Below are positions 1-11,452 of a stretch of DNA of 64,000 nt, in pieces. The translations under genes and the position numbers were made by a program. The number at the start of each line of letters is the position of its first letter. Position 1 is the stretch's first letter. The notes under the pieces are model-generated. The model saw only the letters and a list, made by a program, of their open reading frames with translations. It was not told where the DNA came from and did not search any database. The stretch is from a virus, in the IMG/VR virus record IMGVR_UViG_3300042447_000691, one strand, 5' to 3'.

Positions 1-1
1 C

Positions 2-3000
2 ACGTTAGGTCAAGGGCTAGGTAAAGATAATACATTCTATCAAAGTAATGTTTTTGGTATTCAGTTTGATTCAACACAATCAACTAAAAACGACTTTACT
101 AAAGGGTCTATTTTAGATATAACACAAAAATTAGTTGACGCTGGAAATAAATCCAGCATGAAATTAGAACATGTTGGTAATGCAATTAATCAATTATCTA
201 AAGTTTTTAACGACGGATATGTAGAATTAACTAAAGGATCTAGGGTTGTTAGATACACAACAAAGACCTCAAGTCCAGCATCACCAGATGGTAAAGATGT
301 TGTTGGTTATGAGTATTGTCGATTGTTTACCAAAGATAGACCATATATGACTTACGATGAGTTACAAAAAACTGATGGTAATATAAGAAAATACACAAAC
401 TCCGTTTTAGATAAAACGTTTAATTTGAATATCGCACCAATTAGGGGTAACGAGTCAACAAACGTACAAAACGGTAAGGTAAAAAAATATATGTTATCTA
501 TTGAAAATTTATCATGGAGAACATCGAACAAACCGGGATACACCTATGAAGATTTACCTGACTGTGAAAGAGGACCTTTTGGTGGTAGAATCATGTGGTT
601 TCCACCTTATGAGTTAGATTTTGATGAAAGTATACAAGCCGGATGGACAGACCATACGTTTTTAGGTAGACCTGAACCGGTATATACCTACCAAAACACA
701 AGTAGAAGTGGTAATATTGGTTTTAAAATAATTGTAGATAACCCATCAATAACAAATCTTTTAGTTGAAAAAGAATTACAAGAATTATCTAATAATTCTG
801 AAGTATCTAAAGTATTAGATTCGTTTTTTGCTGGATGTTTAAAATATGATATTTACGATTTAGCAAAAAGATATAGACAATTTACACTAAAAGATATTTT
901 TGACACCGTAAGTTATTTAGATGATGAAGAGGTTGATAAATTAACTGAAGTTTTACCTGCTGAGAATGTTGACGGAGACCCTGTTGTCGTTAATGACTAC
1001 AGCGTACCAAGTGCCACAACCAGTGCAACGACTGCAACAACCGCATCAACTGCAACAACCGCATCAACAGTTACGGAATTTAATTTAGTTGAACCTATAG
1101 TGTATTTTAGAAATGACTATCCAGATCCTAAAACAACTAATGAGACAACAACAAAAAATATAAAAGACTTGTTTGACGATTATAAAACAAAAAGAGACTC
1201 ATATAAGAAAAACAGTCTTAAAAAGATTATAAAGTACAACGATGCAACATATAAAGATTATACAAGTACAATCACTTCGTTACCTAATGCATCAACACAA
1301 ACATGGTTAACTGAATATATTGACTGTAGAGAGGAATCGATGGATGCGTTTTTTGATTATGCGGAAACCGAATTTAAACAACTTCAAAATTTCTTAACCG
1401 AATTATCGAAAGCACTAAAATCGGGATCTGAAATTAAATTTAAATTGATTGGATCAGCATCTGCAATTACAACGGATACCTATAATGTGTCACTATCAAA
1501 AAGAAGAATAGATTCTGTTTTAAATTATATAAAACAATTTGCTTATGATGGACAAACTTTAGAAACGTACATTAAAAATAAAAAATTAACTATAGAACAA
1601 GACGCTAAAGGGGAAGAAGAAACGATTCAAGACGCTAAATATAAATCTATAAGTTGTACAAAAGAATTTCTTACAATAGGACAAGAGGGTGTGTTTTCAA
1701 TAAACGCCATGGCTTGTAGAAGAGTTAGGGTTTCAGATATTGTTATTACTAATCCACAACCACAAAAAACTGAAGAGGACAAATCAAAAAATGAAGTACA
1801 AAAAGAAATAGAAAAGGCGGAATTTGTTTTACCAGCAAAAGAAGAAGATGACGAAAAAAAAGATACGCAAAATTTAAAAATAACAGAAAAAAGAAAAGTA
1901 CAAAGAAAAAGAGGAGAACCAAGAAAAGACCTAACAAAAAAATTATTAAGAAAATTACTTACAGAATGTAATTATTTTGATTTGGTGAAACAATCTAATC
2001 CCATGATTTATGATGGGATAAAAGAAAAAATAAAATATTTCCAACCAGCATTCCATTCAATTACTCCTGAAGGTCTTAATTCTCGTTTAGTATTTTTACA
2101 ACAATGTATGAGACCTGGAGACACTATACCTACAGTTAGTGAAGTGAACGGTGGTAGCACCACTTTAGTTTATGATGATGTAATAAATAGTGTATTTGGT
2201 GCCCCTCCTATTTGCGTTTTAAGGGTTGGTGATTTTTGGCATACAAAAGTTGTTTTTGATTCTTTAAGTATAACATACGACGATTCTTTATTAGACTTAA
2301 ACCCTGAAGGTATTGGAGTTCAACCGATGATCGCCACAGTAAAAATGGGATTTAATTTTATTGGTGGACACGGTTTGGCTGAACCTGTTGCAAAACTTCA
2401 AAACGCACTTTCATTTAATTATTATGCGAATACTGAAATGTATGATGAAAGAGCAGAAGCAACTGAAGATGTAACGTCAAAATACGACGCAGAACTTTTA
2501 AAAAGTATTAAAGACGAATTAGGTATTATTGATAACTTTAATAGACCAGCAACTAATGATGGTGGTGTAACTATAGGTGCTATTACTAGTAATTATTTTG
2601 ATCCGGATACGGGAATAATTACTGGAGATATAAACTATAAAGACATTATGAAAGACATAACGGTTAAAACTAAGTCTTATGCTAACACAACCGTTAACTC
2701 TCTTGAGACTTTATATAGTAAACAATTACTTGGCGGTATATCGATCTTAACTGACGAAAGAAAATACTCAAAAGGGTATTTTGATTACTTGAGCGGTAAC
2801 ACGAGTAGTGGAGCAACCATTTTTGGTAAAAGTGAAAAGATACAACCAAAAGTTGATAATCTATTTGAAAAAATAAAACAAGACATTGAAATTGAAACAA
2901 TTCCAATTCTTAGAGGAATGGCAACACAAGGGTTTACAAAAGATGATATTAGAAAAATTAAAAATAAACTTAAGCAAATGGCTGAAGCACTTAAACAATT

Positions 3001-3787
3001 ATATTTGTCAGATCTTGAAACGGCCAACGCCACGATAGTTAAAGATGAACTTCCATTAATACGATTAGTAGATCAAATAAATTATGTTGCTGATACAACA
3101 GACGGATATATTAATAAAATGGGTGGGGTGGTTGTTTATGGTATATCAGGAACATCAAAAGTTAATGTAAGTAGTGTCGGTGTTACGAACACTATTAATG
3201 AACTTAAACAAGACTTCTTTAAGATTTGTTCTGATTTAAACGAATTAGATACAAAACTGAGTGTTAATATAATACCAACAACATCCAAGACAAAATATAA
3301 TGAAAATTTTAGCAACGATATTGGGTTAGAGACAACAGGATTAGTAGGTGTTGAAAACAGATGTTTTATGGTTTTTGGTAAATCAATTTTAGAAGATCCT
3401 GTTAAGTTTATAACTACGGTTACTGAACCAGTTAAAAATACACCAACGGACATTAATTGGCAACCATTTATTTCAAAAAACGTTGGGTGGGTAACGGAGT
3501 TAAATTTGGCGACAGGTCAATTTAAAAATGAACCGGCAACTACCGGATTATACCCTGACTATAAAAAATCAAAAACAAAAACGGACGAGTATTGGAAAAC
3601 GTTTAAAGATAGTTACTACACTAATAAATTTACAAATTATATTCCATATAATTTAGACAAGACAAGACAAATGACATACTCTAAAATACTAAGTCCGGCG
3701 GATGTTCAACAAACTAATTTAAAAGACATCTACTCAACTGTTAACTCAACATGGGATAAATTTAACCTTAAAAATACATTAAACTAA
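2..3787 (+). CDS. Tail tube-initiator/baseplate-hub-like protein (gp48/gp54 or CIS-tube-like) with an inserted OmpA-like domain; 5'-truncated at the window edge
   Basis: The frame is open from base 2 to the listed ATG at 158, so the gene starts upstream of the window. Tube-like segments (RIMWFPPY..W....FLGRPEPVYTYQNTSRSG; FGAPPICVLRVGDFWHTKVVFDSLSITYD) flank an OmpA-like motif set (VYFRND / GSASA....YNVSLSKRRIDSV / RRVRV). It is followed by a LysM/gp53-like gene. Confidence 0.65.
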   Translation, partial: TLGQGLGKDNTFYQSNVFGIQFDSTQSTKNDFTKGSILDITQKLVDAGNKSSMKLEHVGNAINQLSKVFNDGYVELTKGSRVVRYTTKTSSPASPDGKDVVGYEYCRLFTKDRPYMTYDELQKTDGNIRKYTNSVLDKTFNLNIAPIRGNESTNVQNGKVKKYMLSIENLSWRTSNKPGYTYEDLPDCERGPFGGRIMWFPPYELDFDESIQAGWTDHTFLGRPEPVYTYQNTSRSGNIGFKIIVDNPSITNLLVEKELQELSNNSEVSKVLDSFFAGCLKYDIYDLAKRYRQFTLKDIFDTVSYLDDEEVDKLTEVLPAENVDGDPVVVNDYSVPSATTSATTATTASTATTASTVTEFNLVEPIVYFRNDYPDPKTTNETTTKNIKDLFDDYKTKRDSYKKNSLKKIIKYNDATYKDYTSTITSLPNASTQTWLTEYIDCREESMDAFFDYAETEFKQLQNFLTELSKALKSGSEIKFKLIGSASAITTDTYNVSLSKRRIDSVLNYIKQFAYDGQTLETYIKNKKLTIEQDAKGEEETIQDAKYKSISCTKEFLTIGQEGVFSINAMACRRVRVSDIVITNPQPQKTEEDKSKNEVQKEIEKAEFVLPAKEEDDEKKDTQNLKITEKRKVQRKRGEPRKDLTKKLLRKLLTECNYFDLVKQSNPMIYDGIKEKIKYFQPAFHSITPEGLNSRLVFLQQCMRPGDTIPTVSEVNGGSTTLVYDDVINSVFGAPPICVLRVGDFWHTKVVFDSLSITYDDSLLDLNPEGIGVQPMIATVKMGFNFIGGHGLAEPVAKLQNALSFNYYANTEMYDERAEATEDVTSKYDAELLKSIKDELGIIDNFNRPATNDGGVTIGAITSNYFDPDTGIITGDINYKDIMKDITVKTKSYANTTVNSLETLYSKQLLGGISILTDERKYSKGYFDYLSGNTSSGATIFGKSEKIQPKVDNLFEKIKQDIEIETIPILRGMATQGFTKDDIRKIKNKLKQMAEALKQLYLSDLETANATIVKDELPLIRLVDQINYVADTTDGYINKMGGVVVYGISGTSKVNVSSVGVTNTINELKQDFFKICSDLNELDTKLSVNIIPTTSKTKYNENFSNDIGLETTGLVGVENRCFMVFGKSILEDPVKFITTVTEPVKNTPTDINWQPFISKNVGWVTELNLATGQFKNEPATTGLYPDYKKSKTKTDEYWKTFKDSYYTNKFTNYIPYNLDKTRQMTYSKILSPADVQQTNLKDIYSTVNSTWDKFNLKNTLN
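1031..1066 (+). repeat. 18-bp perfect tandem duplication (actgcaacaaccgcatca x2) in a Thr/Ala/Ser-rich linker
   Basis: Read directly from the sequence; encodes part of ATTSATTATTASTATTAST. Confidence 0.9.
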
Positions 3788-3788
3788 T

Positions 3789-4109
3789 ATGTCACAATAT
3801 TATAACAGATACGAAAACTTTTTAATAAACGGACAACAAACGGTTGTGCCTTTTTTACAATTACCACAAAGAGTAAGTGACCAAAAATATATCTATAGAA
3901 CAGGACAAAGTAGGTTAGATAAAATAAGTTATGAGAAATACGGCACACCATATTTTGGATGGTTAATTCAAATGGCTAACCCACTATACGGAGGTTTAGA
4001 GACTGATATTCCTAACGGAACCATTTTAATTATACCTTTTCCATTAATTGCTGCGTTGCAAGACTACAAAAGTGCGTTAGATACACATATTTTTTATTAT
4101 GGCAGGTAA
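3789..4109 (+). CDS. LysM-like / tail protein X / gp53-like baseplate wedge protein
   Basis: RLDKISYEKYGTPYFGWLIQMANP...IPNGTILIIP pattern; located between the tube-initiator and hub genes. Confidence 0.7.
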   Translation: MSQYYNRYENFLINGQQTVVPFLQLPQRVSDQKYIYRTGQSRLDKISYEKYGTPYFGWLIQMANPLYGGLETDIPNGTILIIPFPLIAALQDYKSALDTHIFYYGR

Positions 4110-7100
4110 ACAAACTAAAAACGTTTTTATTGAAACACAATACGACAATATTGTTTTAATAGACCCAAATAAATTGTCGGACACGGAAGGTAAAGGAGTA
4201 TCTCGATTGGTTGACCACGAGGATTTGGTTTATTATGCAAATTTAGAAACGTTTATTATACCAAGAACAAAACTTGCGATAGGTGAAAGTTTTGACAATA
4301 GTGTTGTTAATACAACTATTGCTAGTTTGACCAGTGATACGGATCTTAAAATAAACTTTTTACAACCAAAAGGTAAGAAAGCCTTTGATACAAGTTGGTC
4401 GGATCAATTTACAGGTAAAGAATCAAGACAAGGACAATCATCAAATCAAAAATTTGAAAATAATACAACAAGAAACGGACGACCAACATACGTTAATAGA
4501 GTAGAAAAGTTTGAGGACACTCAAATCTTAGGTATTAAAACAATTAATGTTACTGTTGCTGCTATGGGAGTACCAAAGGTTACCATAGAAATGGTTGACG
4601 TTCAAGGGAAGATGTTATTTGAACAAGGTGAAAATTCAATGTATTCGGTATTTTTTACTTTTCCCTACCCAATTTTTTATTTAACACTTAAAGGGTATTA
4701 TGGTAAGGCTATTAGATATAGGTTATCTTTAGTTAGTTTTAATTCTAAGTATGATAGTGGTAGTGGAAATTTTAATATTACATTAGAACTTATAGGTAAA
4801 TTTACGGCATTGTTGTTTGACACACCATTAAGTTATGGTAGGACGGCACCTAAAATGTTTCCTGCCCAAGTTACTGTAAGAAATAATACACAATCTACCG
4901 ATACAACAATAGTTGAAACAACGAGGGGTCAAATTATTTTAGATGAGGTTTATGACACATATAAAAGAAAAAAATTAATACCTGAAGATTTTCCACCATA
5001 CACAATAGACACATTTATAACTGCGGTATCTAGTTATGAGACTAAACTTTTGGCTAGTATAAAAGAAGGTGATTTTGCGGTTTTAAACGACGTACAAAGA
5101 TTTAGAGAGATATTGACAGACCTTAAAGTGACTGTATATACAAACGCTAAAAAAAATTATTTGGATGGGGGGGCTTTTTATGTGTATGAAAATAAAAAAT
5201 ATTACCCATTTAGGAAGTCAATAAGTTTGGCTGACAGAGAAAAGTATAAAGCATTAACTGAAGAAAGAATTACATATTTTATCGAAGAGTTAAGAAAAAA
5301 CAAAACATTTGGAGAGAACGGGAAATATAAAAAGTCGGACGGGAACTCATTATCAACAGAGATTAATGTTTGGTCTAAAATACGAGGTAAAGGATCGGTA
5401 ATAAAAGTTTTTCCATTGCAACAATGGTTTGAAAGTAAAAACGACATCAATAATACACAATACTATAGGACCGGTAGAAAACTAGATTTAACCACAACTG
5501 AGGGTCAAAACCAATTAACAAAATTTATTAATGACGAAAGAACTATTGCTCCCGGAAAAGTTTTAGATTTAATAACAAATCAATTAGTGGACGAACCGTT
5601 AGACATGTATTATTTTGGAGACAAAAGATTTGATGACGGGGTGTATGAAACTAACAGTTTTTTAGATATAGTAAACGACGCATTAAAACAACTTGAGGTT
5701 AAAGAAACTCAAATCGATGATGATTTATCTAAAATTTTAGCCGATAGAGTAGTTAACAGTAAATCTGGAATAGGGTTTAAACCAACAATAAGAAACATAT
5801 TTGCAATACTTTTTGCGGGTGTTGATACCTTCTATCGACTAATGGAAGAGACACATCAAAATGCGTGGGACGTAAGAACAAATACACAAAGATTGTTATC
5901 TGTAATTCCACCCGAAAAAAACTTCTCAACTGATGGTTTAAATAGTATACAAAAGGAAAGTGGGCAGTTAAATAATGAGAATATTGTTTATCCGTGGCCA
6001 TTATACTTTACAAAAGAAAGAAAAGATAATGGTAGTGAACAATATACACTTCAGTATCCAGGAGACCAAAAAATTATTAATCAAACACAAGGTTGGAATA
6101 CACAGATTTGGCCTGAAGTATATTTTGTTGAGGAATTTATAAAGGCGTCTTTAACTAAAGAAACTTTAACTAAAACGAACATATTTAATAATCCAAAATC
6201 AGATACCACTTTAGCTAGCCCAAATGCGTTATTTTTTCCTTTTTATACTTTACCATATGAGAATGTGGATTCTGTGTCTGTTATGTATGAAATTTTAGAA
6301 AGAGCCATCATAAATTCTGAATATAATCGATTTGATTATGAGGAAGCGGAAAAACAACAAATTGATTTATTATTTGCAAACATTGAAGGACAAAATGTTG
6401 TTACATCAATATCGTCAAGTTTAGAACTTCAAAACTTATTAAGAGAGTATAAATTTAACTATAATAATTTTTTAGAATTTTTAAAAAAAATATCTAATAA
6501 TGGTGTCGGACAAAGTTGGATAAACTACACGAGGAACATTTTTAACAATCAATATATTATAGAATCTTTAAACGAACAAAAAGAAATTTATAGTATAGAA
6601 ACGATCAAACCAACAACATCATTAACAATATCAACCGACGATTTATACTTGTCTAAAAACTTAAAAAACTATTTAGAAAGTACTAAAACTTCTAAGTCTG
6701 ATGTTTTTGATACATTCCCATTTAATAATTTTAATTGGATGAAATCTAATTTATCGAATGGGGCATCTTTAAATGCTAAAGAAGATTTCTACGATACGAC
6801 AAAAACTTTTATCTATTTAGCCGATAAAAAAACCATTGCTAGGTTAGATCAAACAGAAACAAAAACAGGAATACAACCCTTTACGTCAAAATATTCATTT
6901 GGAAATTCACTACAACCTTATTTAAGTAACGTAACAAATGGTATAAAAATATTTGATAAGCAATCATTAAAACAATACTTTACCGATAGGAAACAAAAAG
7001 ATCTTTATTTTACTGAGTCTTACGTTGATTATGGTAACTCATATTCAGGAGGTGTTGGAACACAAATACAAACAACCTCATTATTAAATACACCGTATTT

Positions 7101-10100
7101 TATTAATGCTATTTTACAGGGTGTAGATAAAGAGACTAACGAAGAAGAAGATGCGTACGTACCTTTAGGTTATTTATATTTAAATTCCTTACCTTTAATT
7201 ACAACTAAAGAAAGACTTAAAAGTTTTGATACAAATAACGTAGCGACTGATTTAGATTACTTAGCTGCTACCATTAAAAAATATTCAGCAATACACCAAA
7301 TGCCGTATGCGTGGGTATTGAAATACGGATCAATATGGCACAGATATAAAAAATACACATCGAGCGGTGTGGATATTTTAGATAGTGTGTGGAAAGATTT
7401 TGACTATAAAGTTAATTACGACCCAACAACTTCAGCAACAACAAAACAATATGTGATACCTAATTACACAGGAGGACAAGAAACGATATTTTTAGAAAAA
7501 ACGGAAACAATACCAAATGTTACAGGTAAGACGGTGGATTTTATAAACACAGGTTTTTACCCTAATGTAATTAACAGTGTTTATAAATTTATTACTAAAA
7601 AAGATTTATTTAGTGGATACACTCAGGATGCGTTCTTTAAAACCTATACCGACAATGGATTTAGAATTGGTAAAAATAACCTATCAAAAACATTCTTTAA
7701 TTTTGGATTTGATCCTAATAATCCGAACAGATCTTTATTAAAGACAAACTATTACCAATATTTAGACTCTGAAAATAACTCAGACTTTAAGTCTAAATTA
7801 TATTTTATATTCCCATCAATGGGAGGTATACCATTTGATCAATCAATATATGAAACAACAGATAGTACAAATAAATTAATAAAAGAATTATCAGGTAACA
7901 CTTCAGTATACAATGGATCCGTCAGAACATTATGGGGGGCACCTCATTTTGGTTATTTTGACCACACATTAATTAAAAAACCAAAACCAACCGAATACCT
8001 TAAAACTATTAACACTCAATCTGTTGAACAAAACTCTTTTGATTTAAAGAATGCGACATCAGAATATTCATACATAGATGAAATACTTTCAATCTTTAAC
8101 GTGGATATGTTAAATAAGTTTGAAGAATCGTTTTTAAGTTTTTGTAATTACAAACCTAGTGCTGATAAATTAATACTAAAAGGTGAGGTACAAGCACCAT
8201 CATATACACAATCAAACGTTATTAAAGATTTAAAAAATAGGAGACTATTTAGTCAAATGACTCAACTATTTTTGATAGGTAAAACGAGTGTCACATTGAC
8301 TGATGAAAATACGGATGGTTTATCTTTAGGACAAAAACAAATTGTTAGTTTTACAGAATCCGTTAAAAACTTTTTAAGTTTTGATTGTATTATAAAAAAT
8401 GCTAATCCTGGATTTTTTAGTATGCCGTTGTTTAGTTCGTTCTCATCACTTAAAAACTTTGTTCCAAACAATAAGTTAACTTTTGATCCATACGTTAAAG
8501 GGTCTTTACCTGGTGACGGAACAACAACAACTCTAAGTCAAAGTATATCACAAAATAAAGATGCATGGGAATCTTTAAGAACTTATGTTGGATTCTCATC
8601 AATACCTGGTGTGGATTTCCAAACCCAAGTTCAAACACAGTACCCATCAACAAGTTTATTAACTCCGACACAAACACAAACACAACAACCAATACAAGCA
8701 CCAATACAAAATACGAGTATTATGTCAGGACAAACAATGCAAAACCTTTGTACTGGTGATTATTTTAATGTTGTTGATCCTGACGACGTTAGTGATTTCG
8801 GAATGTATCAAGACGACAAAATTGTATATTTGGAATTAACCGATCAAGGAGGTGTTAATAAAAACTTCTGTGCAAAAAAAGTACCAAATAGTGCTTCAAC
8901 TATAACTTATAATTTATTGTTGGATCATGGATTCTCAAATGACAACTTAGGAGGTTTAAGTGAAGGTTCGTACTGTTTATCATATTTTAGCCAAAACTTA
9001 AATTGCCCACAAAATAACCAATTAAATCAAATTAGTTTAAAGTTTGTTGGTGAGTCTGGAACAATACTACCAACTGAACCAACAGAAACATATAATCAAT
9101 ATATAAATGTGGAAAAACCTGGTGGAGGATATCAAGTATTCAAAATTGAGGATTCAGCATTTAATTATAGTGGAAAAGTGGAATCAATAAAATTCTTTAA
9201 ATCTAATAGTGATATTAATAACCCTGCAAATTTATTAAACACAAGTTGTAATAGTGGTATTTTTTATAACTTTTCTAATTATTGTAAGATAAATCAAAGT
9301 AATTCTGGTAATTACCAAATTGTTGTGACTTACTACCCCGATGGACCAAACAATAAAACAAATAAATTATACCTTACCACTCAAGTAAGTTTAGGATCAC
9401 AACCACAAAATAGCGTACCCGCGGTTACTAATCCACAACCGGCACCACAACCGGCATCTCAGTCAACACAAGCAACGCAAGCAACACCACCACAAACACA
9501 AAGGTCTTATATTACTGATTTCTTTATTGATATGGATATTGACTTTACTTCGGATAACGTTAAAACGTTAGCAACATTAATTAAAATTTACGCAACCAAA
9601 AAACAAGAAACACCAACATATAATAAAGGACAATTTAATCAAACAATAAATGATATTTTAAATAACCAACTATCGTTCAAAGAAAAACTACTAAATAAAA
9701 CGTTCGCGTTTATAAATAAAAATACACCAAAAATAACTGTAGAGACACAAAACCAAATTGATAATTCATCAATTAGTAGTGATCCAACTAAACTTACAAC
9801 ATATAATCTATTAAAAGGGTTTAACGATAAGTGGGTATCTGGTTCTGATTTAAAAACAAGAACGTTGTTTGAAGATTTTTTATTTTTAGATCAAACTAAT
9901 AGTGATATTGGAGATTCGTTTATTGTTGACGTAAACCAAGTTAAAGATAGAATTGAAAAAAATCCAAAACAAAATATGATGCAAATCGTAAGTTGGATAT
10001 TGAACGACAACTATTTCCAATTCTTTGCGATGCCAGCGTATATAAATTTTTATGGAATCCAAAAACAAATAGGTGAAAATGTACCAAAACAAGATATTAC

Positions 10101-11433
10101 GATTGGAAATGATTTATTTGGTACACACCTTAATGTTGATTATTTAGAGTCGTCCGCTAAATTTCTTTGTCTTTATATTGGTAACCCATCTGAATGGCCA
10201 AAATCTGATAAAAATACAAGCGTTAAATATGGTGACGATGGTTTTGATTTAAGAATAACGGACAACCCTTTAAGGGTATCTGACCCAAATTTAGATATAT
10301 CAAAAAGTAATAAAGTTGTTGGGTTTGCGGTTGATTTTGGTATACAAAACCAAAACATGTTTAAAGATTTAGACATTGATATGTCAGAGAAAACCAACAC
10401 CGCCGAAACGTTTAAAATAAATGCTGATTTAGGTAATTCGGTTTCTGGAGATAAAGTGGCTCTACAATCGGATTCCATGTACAGTATCTATAAGTCAAGA
10501 TCATATACTTGCGGCATTACCTCATTAGGTAACGTTATGATACAACCTACAATGTATTTTGCATTAAGACACGTACCACTTTTCTATGGTCCTTATTTAA
10601 TTATGGAAGTTACACACTCTGTTAGTGAGACGGATTTTACAACTAAATTTAAAGGTACTAGACAGAGGACATACTCGCTACCAAAAATTGATAGTTTAGT
10701 TGCGTCGGTTAATAAAAACGTACTTAAAAATTTTAAAGCAACACAACAAAAAACAACGGCAATACCTGAAACTGATAAGGAAAAAGATTTAGAAATTGAT
10801 CCTAAACCGACGTTACAGGCAACTGAAATCGCATGTAGTGGATTAACAGCATTCCCATCATTAGGTTATGTTAACGTAAAACCAACACAAATATCTTATA
10901 ATGATCTTGCGGATTTAGTTAAATCCAAAACTACTTCTAAACTATTACGAGCAATAGTTTATGGTATTGCTCAATCTAGTCCTAATAATATAAAGACTAA
11001 TGAAATAATACAAACAAATAATACTAATTTGTATTTCATTACAACGGTAAAAAGATATAAAGGGTCTATGGATAGTAAAATAAAAAATCAAACATGTATT
11101 AGATTAAACGGAAACCCATTCCCAATTGCTGACTTTTCCACCTTTAGTGAGAGTACTGATTTTGTTTTATCGTATTTTAAAACATTAGAACCCATAATAA
11201 CGGAATTAAATAAAATAAATGTTAATACCAACATTAACCAAAGTTTTGGAGAATCTATAACTCAATTAGTATATACAACGTGGAATACCGATAAAGCGTT
11301 TACAGGGGATAACGGAAATCCATTAACTGCTCAACAAATTAAAGACGTTTCTTTGGCGGATAAAGCTAGTGGTGATTTTCCTTATTATGATGATTATGTT
11401 AAAATATTTAAAGAATCATATGAAAAACTTTAG
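4099..11433 (+). CDS. Giant baseplate hub-like structural protein (gp27/VgrG-like N- and C-terminal parts), 2444 aa
   Basis: N-terminal LGIKTINV...PKVTIEMVDVQGKMLFE...YLTLKGYYG and C-terminal YTCGITSLGNVMIQPTMYF...GPYLIMEVTHSVSETDFTTKFKG resemble the two ends of hub/late-control-D proteins; synteny after the LysM gene. Confidence 0.55.
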   Translation: MAGKQTKNVFIETQYDNIVLIDPNKLSDTEGKGVSRLVDHEDLVYYANLETFIIPRTKLAIGESFDNSVVNTTIASLTSDTDLKINFLQPKGKKAFDTSWSDQFTGKESRQGQSSNQKFENNTTRNGRPTYVNRVEKFEDTQILGIKTINVTVAAMGVPKVTIEMVDVQGKMLFEQGENSMYSVFFTFPYPIFYLTLKGYYGKAIRYRLSLVSFNSKYDSGSGNFNITLELIGKFTALLFDTPLSYGRTAPKMFPAQVTVRNNTQSTDTTIVETTRGQIILDEVYDTYKRKKLIPEDFPPYTIDTFITAVSSYETKLLASIKEGDFAVLNDVQRFREILTDLKVTVYTNAKKNYLDGGAFYVYENKKYYPFRKSISLADREKYKALTEERITYFIEELRKNKTFGENGKYKKSDGNSLSTEINVWSKIRGKGSVIKVFPLQQWFESKNDINNTQYYRTGRKLDLTTTEGQNQLTKFINDERTIAPGKVLDLITNQLVDEPLDMYYFGDKRFDDGVYETNSFLDIVNDALKQLEVKETQIDDDLSKILADRVVNSKSGIGFKPTIRNIFAILFAGVDTFYRLMEETHQNAWDVRTNTQRLLSVIPPEKNFSTDGLNSIQKESGQLNNENIVYPWPLYFTKERKDNGSEQYTLQYPGDQKIINQTQGWNTQIWPEVYFVEEFIKASLTKETLTKTNIFNNPKSDTTLASPNALFFPFYTLPYENVDSVSVMYEILERAIINSEYNRFDYEEAEKQQIDLLFANIEGQNVVTSISSSLELQNLLREYKFNYNNFLEFLKKISNNGVGQSWINYTRNIFNNQYIIESLNEQKEIYSIETIKPTTSLTISTDDLYLSKNLKNYLESTKTSKSDVFDTFPFNNFNWMKSNLSNGASLNAKEDFYDTTKTFIYLADKKTIARLDQTETKTGIQPFTSKYSFGNSLQPYLSNVTNGIKIFDKQSLKQYFTDRKQKDLYFTESYVDYGNSYSGGVGTQIQTTSLLNTPYFINAILQGVDKETNEEEDAYVPLGYLYLNSLPLITTKERLKSFDTNNVATDLDYLAATIKKYSAIHQMPYAWVLKYGSIWHRYKKYTSSGVDILDSVWKDFDYKVNYDPTTSATTKQYVIPNYTGGQETIFLEKTETIPNVTGKTVDFINTGFYPNVINSVYKFITKKDLFSGYTQDAFFKTYTDNGFRIGKNNLSKTFFNFGFDPNNPNRSLLKTNYYQYLDSENNSDFKSKLYFIFPSMGGIPFDQSIYETTDSTNKLIKELSGNTSVYNGSVRTLWGAPHFGYFDHTLIKKPKPTEYLKTINTQSVEQNSFDLKNATSEYSYIDEILSIFNVDMLNKFEESFLSFCNYKPSADKLILKGEVQAPSYTQSNVIKDLKNRRLFSQMTQLFLIGKTSVTLTDENTDGLSLGQKQIVSFTESVKNFLSFDCIIKNANPGFFSMPLFSSFSSLKNFVPNNKLTFDPYVKGSLPGDGTTTTLSQSISQNKDAWESLRTYVGFSSIPGVDFQTQVQTQYPSTSLLTPTQTQTQQPIQAPIQNTSIMSGQTMQNLCTGDYFNVVDPDDVSDFGMYQDDKIVYLELTDQGGVNKNFCAKKVPNSASTITYNLLLDHGFSNDNLGGLSEGSYCLSYFSQNLNCPQNNQLNQISLKFVGESGTILPTEPTETYNQYINVEKPGGGYQVFKIEDSAFNYSGKVESIKFFKSNSDINNPANLLNTSCNSGIFYNFSNYCKINQSNSGNYQIVVTYYPDGPNNKTNKLYLTTQVSLGSQPQNSVPAVTNPQPAPQPASQSTQATQATPPQTQRSYITDFFIDMDIDFTSDNVKTLATLIKIYATKKQETPTYNKGQFNQTINDILNNQLSFKEKLLNKTFAFINKNTPKITVETQNQIDNSSISSDPTKLTTYNLLKGFNDKWVSGSDLKTRTLFEDFLFLDQTNSDIGDSFIVDVNQVKDRIEKNPKQNMMQIVSWILNDNYFQFFAMPAYINFYGIQKQIGENVPKQDITIGNDLFGTHLNVDYLESSAKFLCLYIGNPSEWPKSDKNTSVKYGDDGFDLRITDNPLRVSDPNLDISKSNKVVGFAVDFGIQNQNMFKDLDIDMSEKTNTAETFKINADLGNSVSGDKVALQSDSMYSIYKSRSYTCGITSLGNVMIQPTMYFALRHVPLFYGPYLIMEVTHSVSETDFTTKFKGTRQRTYSLPKIDSLVASVNKNVLKNFKATQQKTTAIPETDKEKDLEIDPKPTLQATEIACSGLTAFPSLGYVNVKPTQISYNDLADLVKSKTTSKLLRAIVYGIAQSSPNNIKTNEIIQTNNTNLYFITTVKRYKGSMDSKIKNQTCIRLNGNPFPIADFSTFSESTDFVLSYFKTLEPIITELNKINVNTNINQSFGESITQLVYTTWNTDKAFTGDNGNPLTAQQIKDVSLADKASGDFPYYDDYVKIFKESYEKL

Positions 11434-11452
11434 AAAATAAAAAAAACCATAA

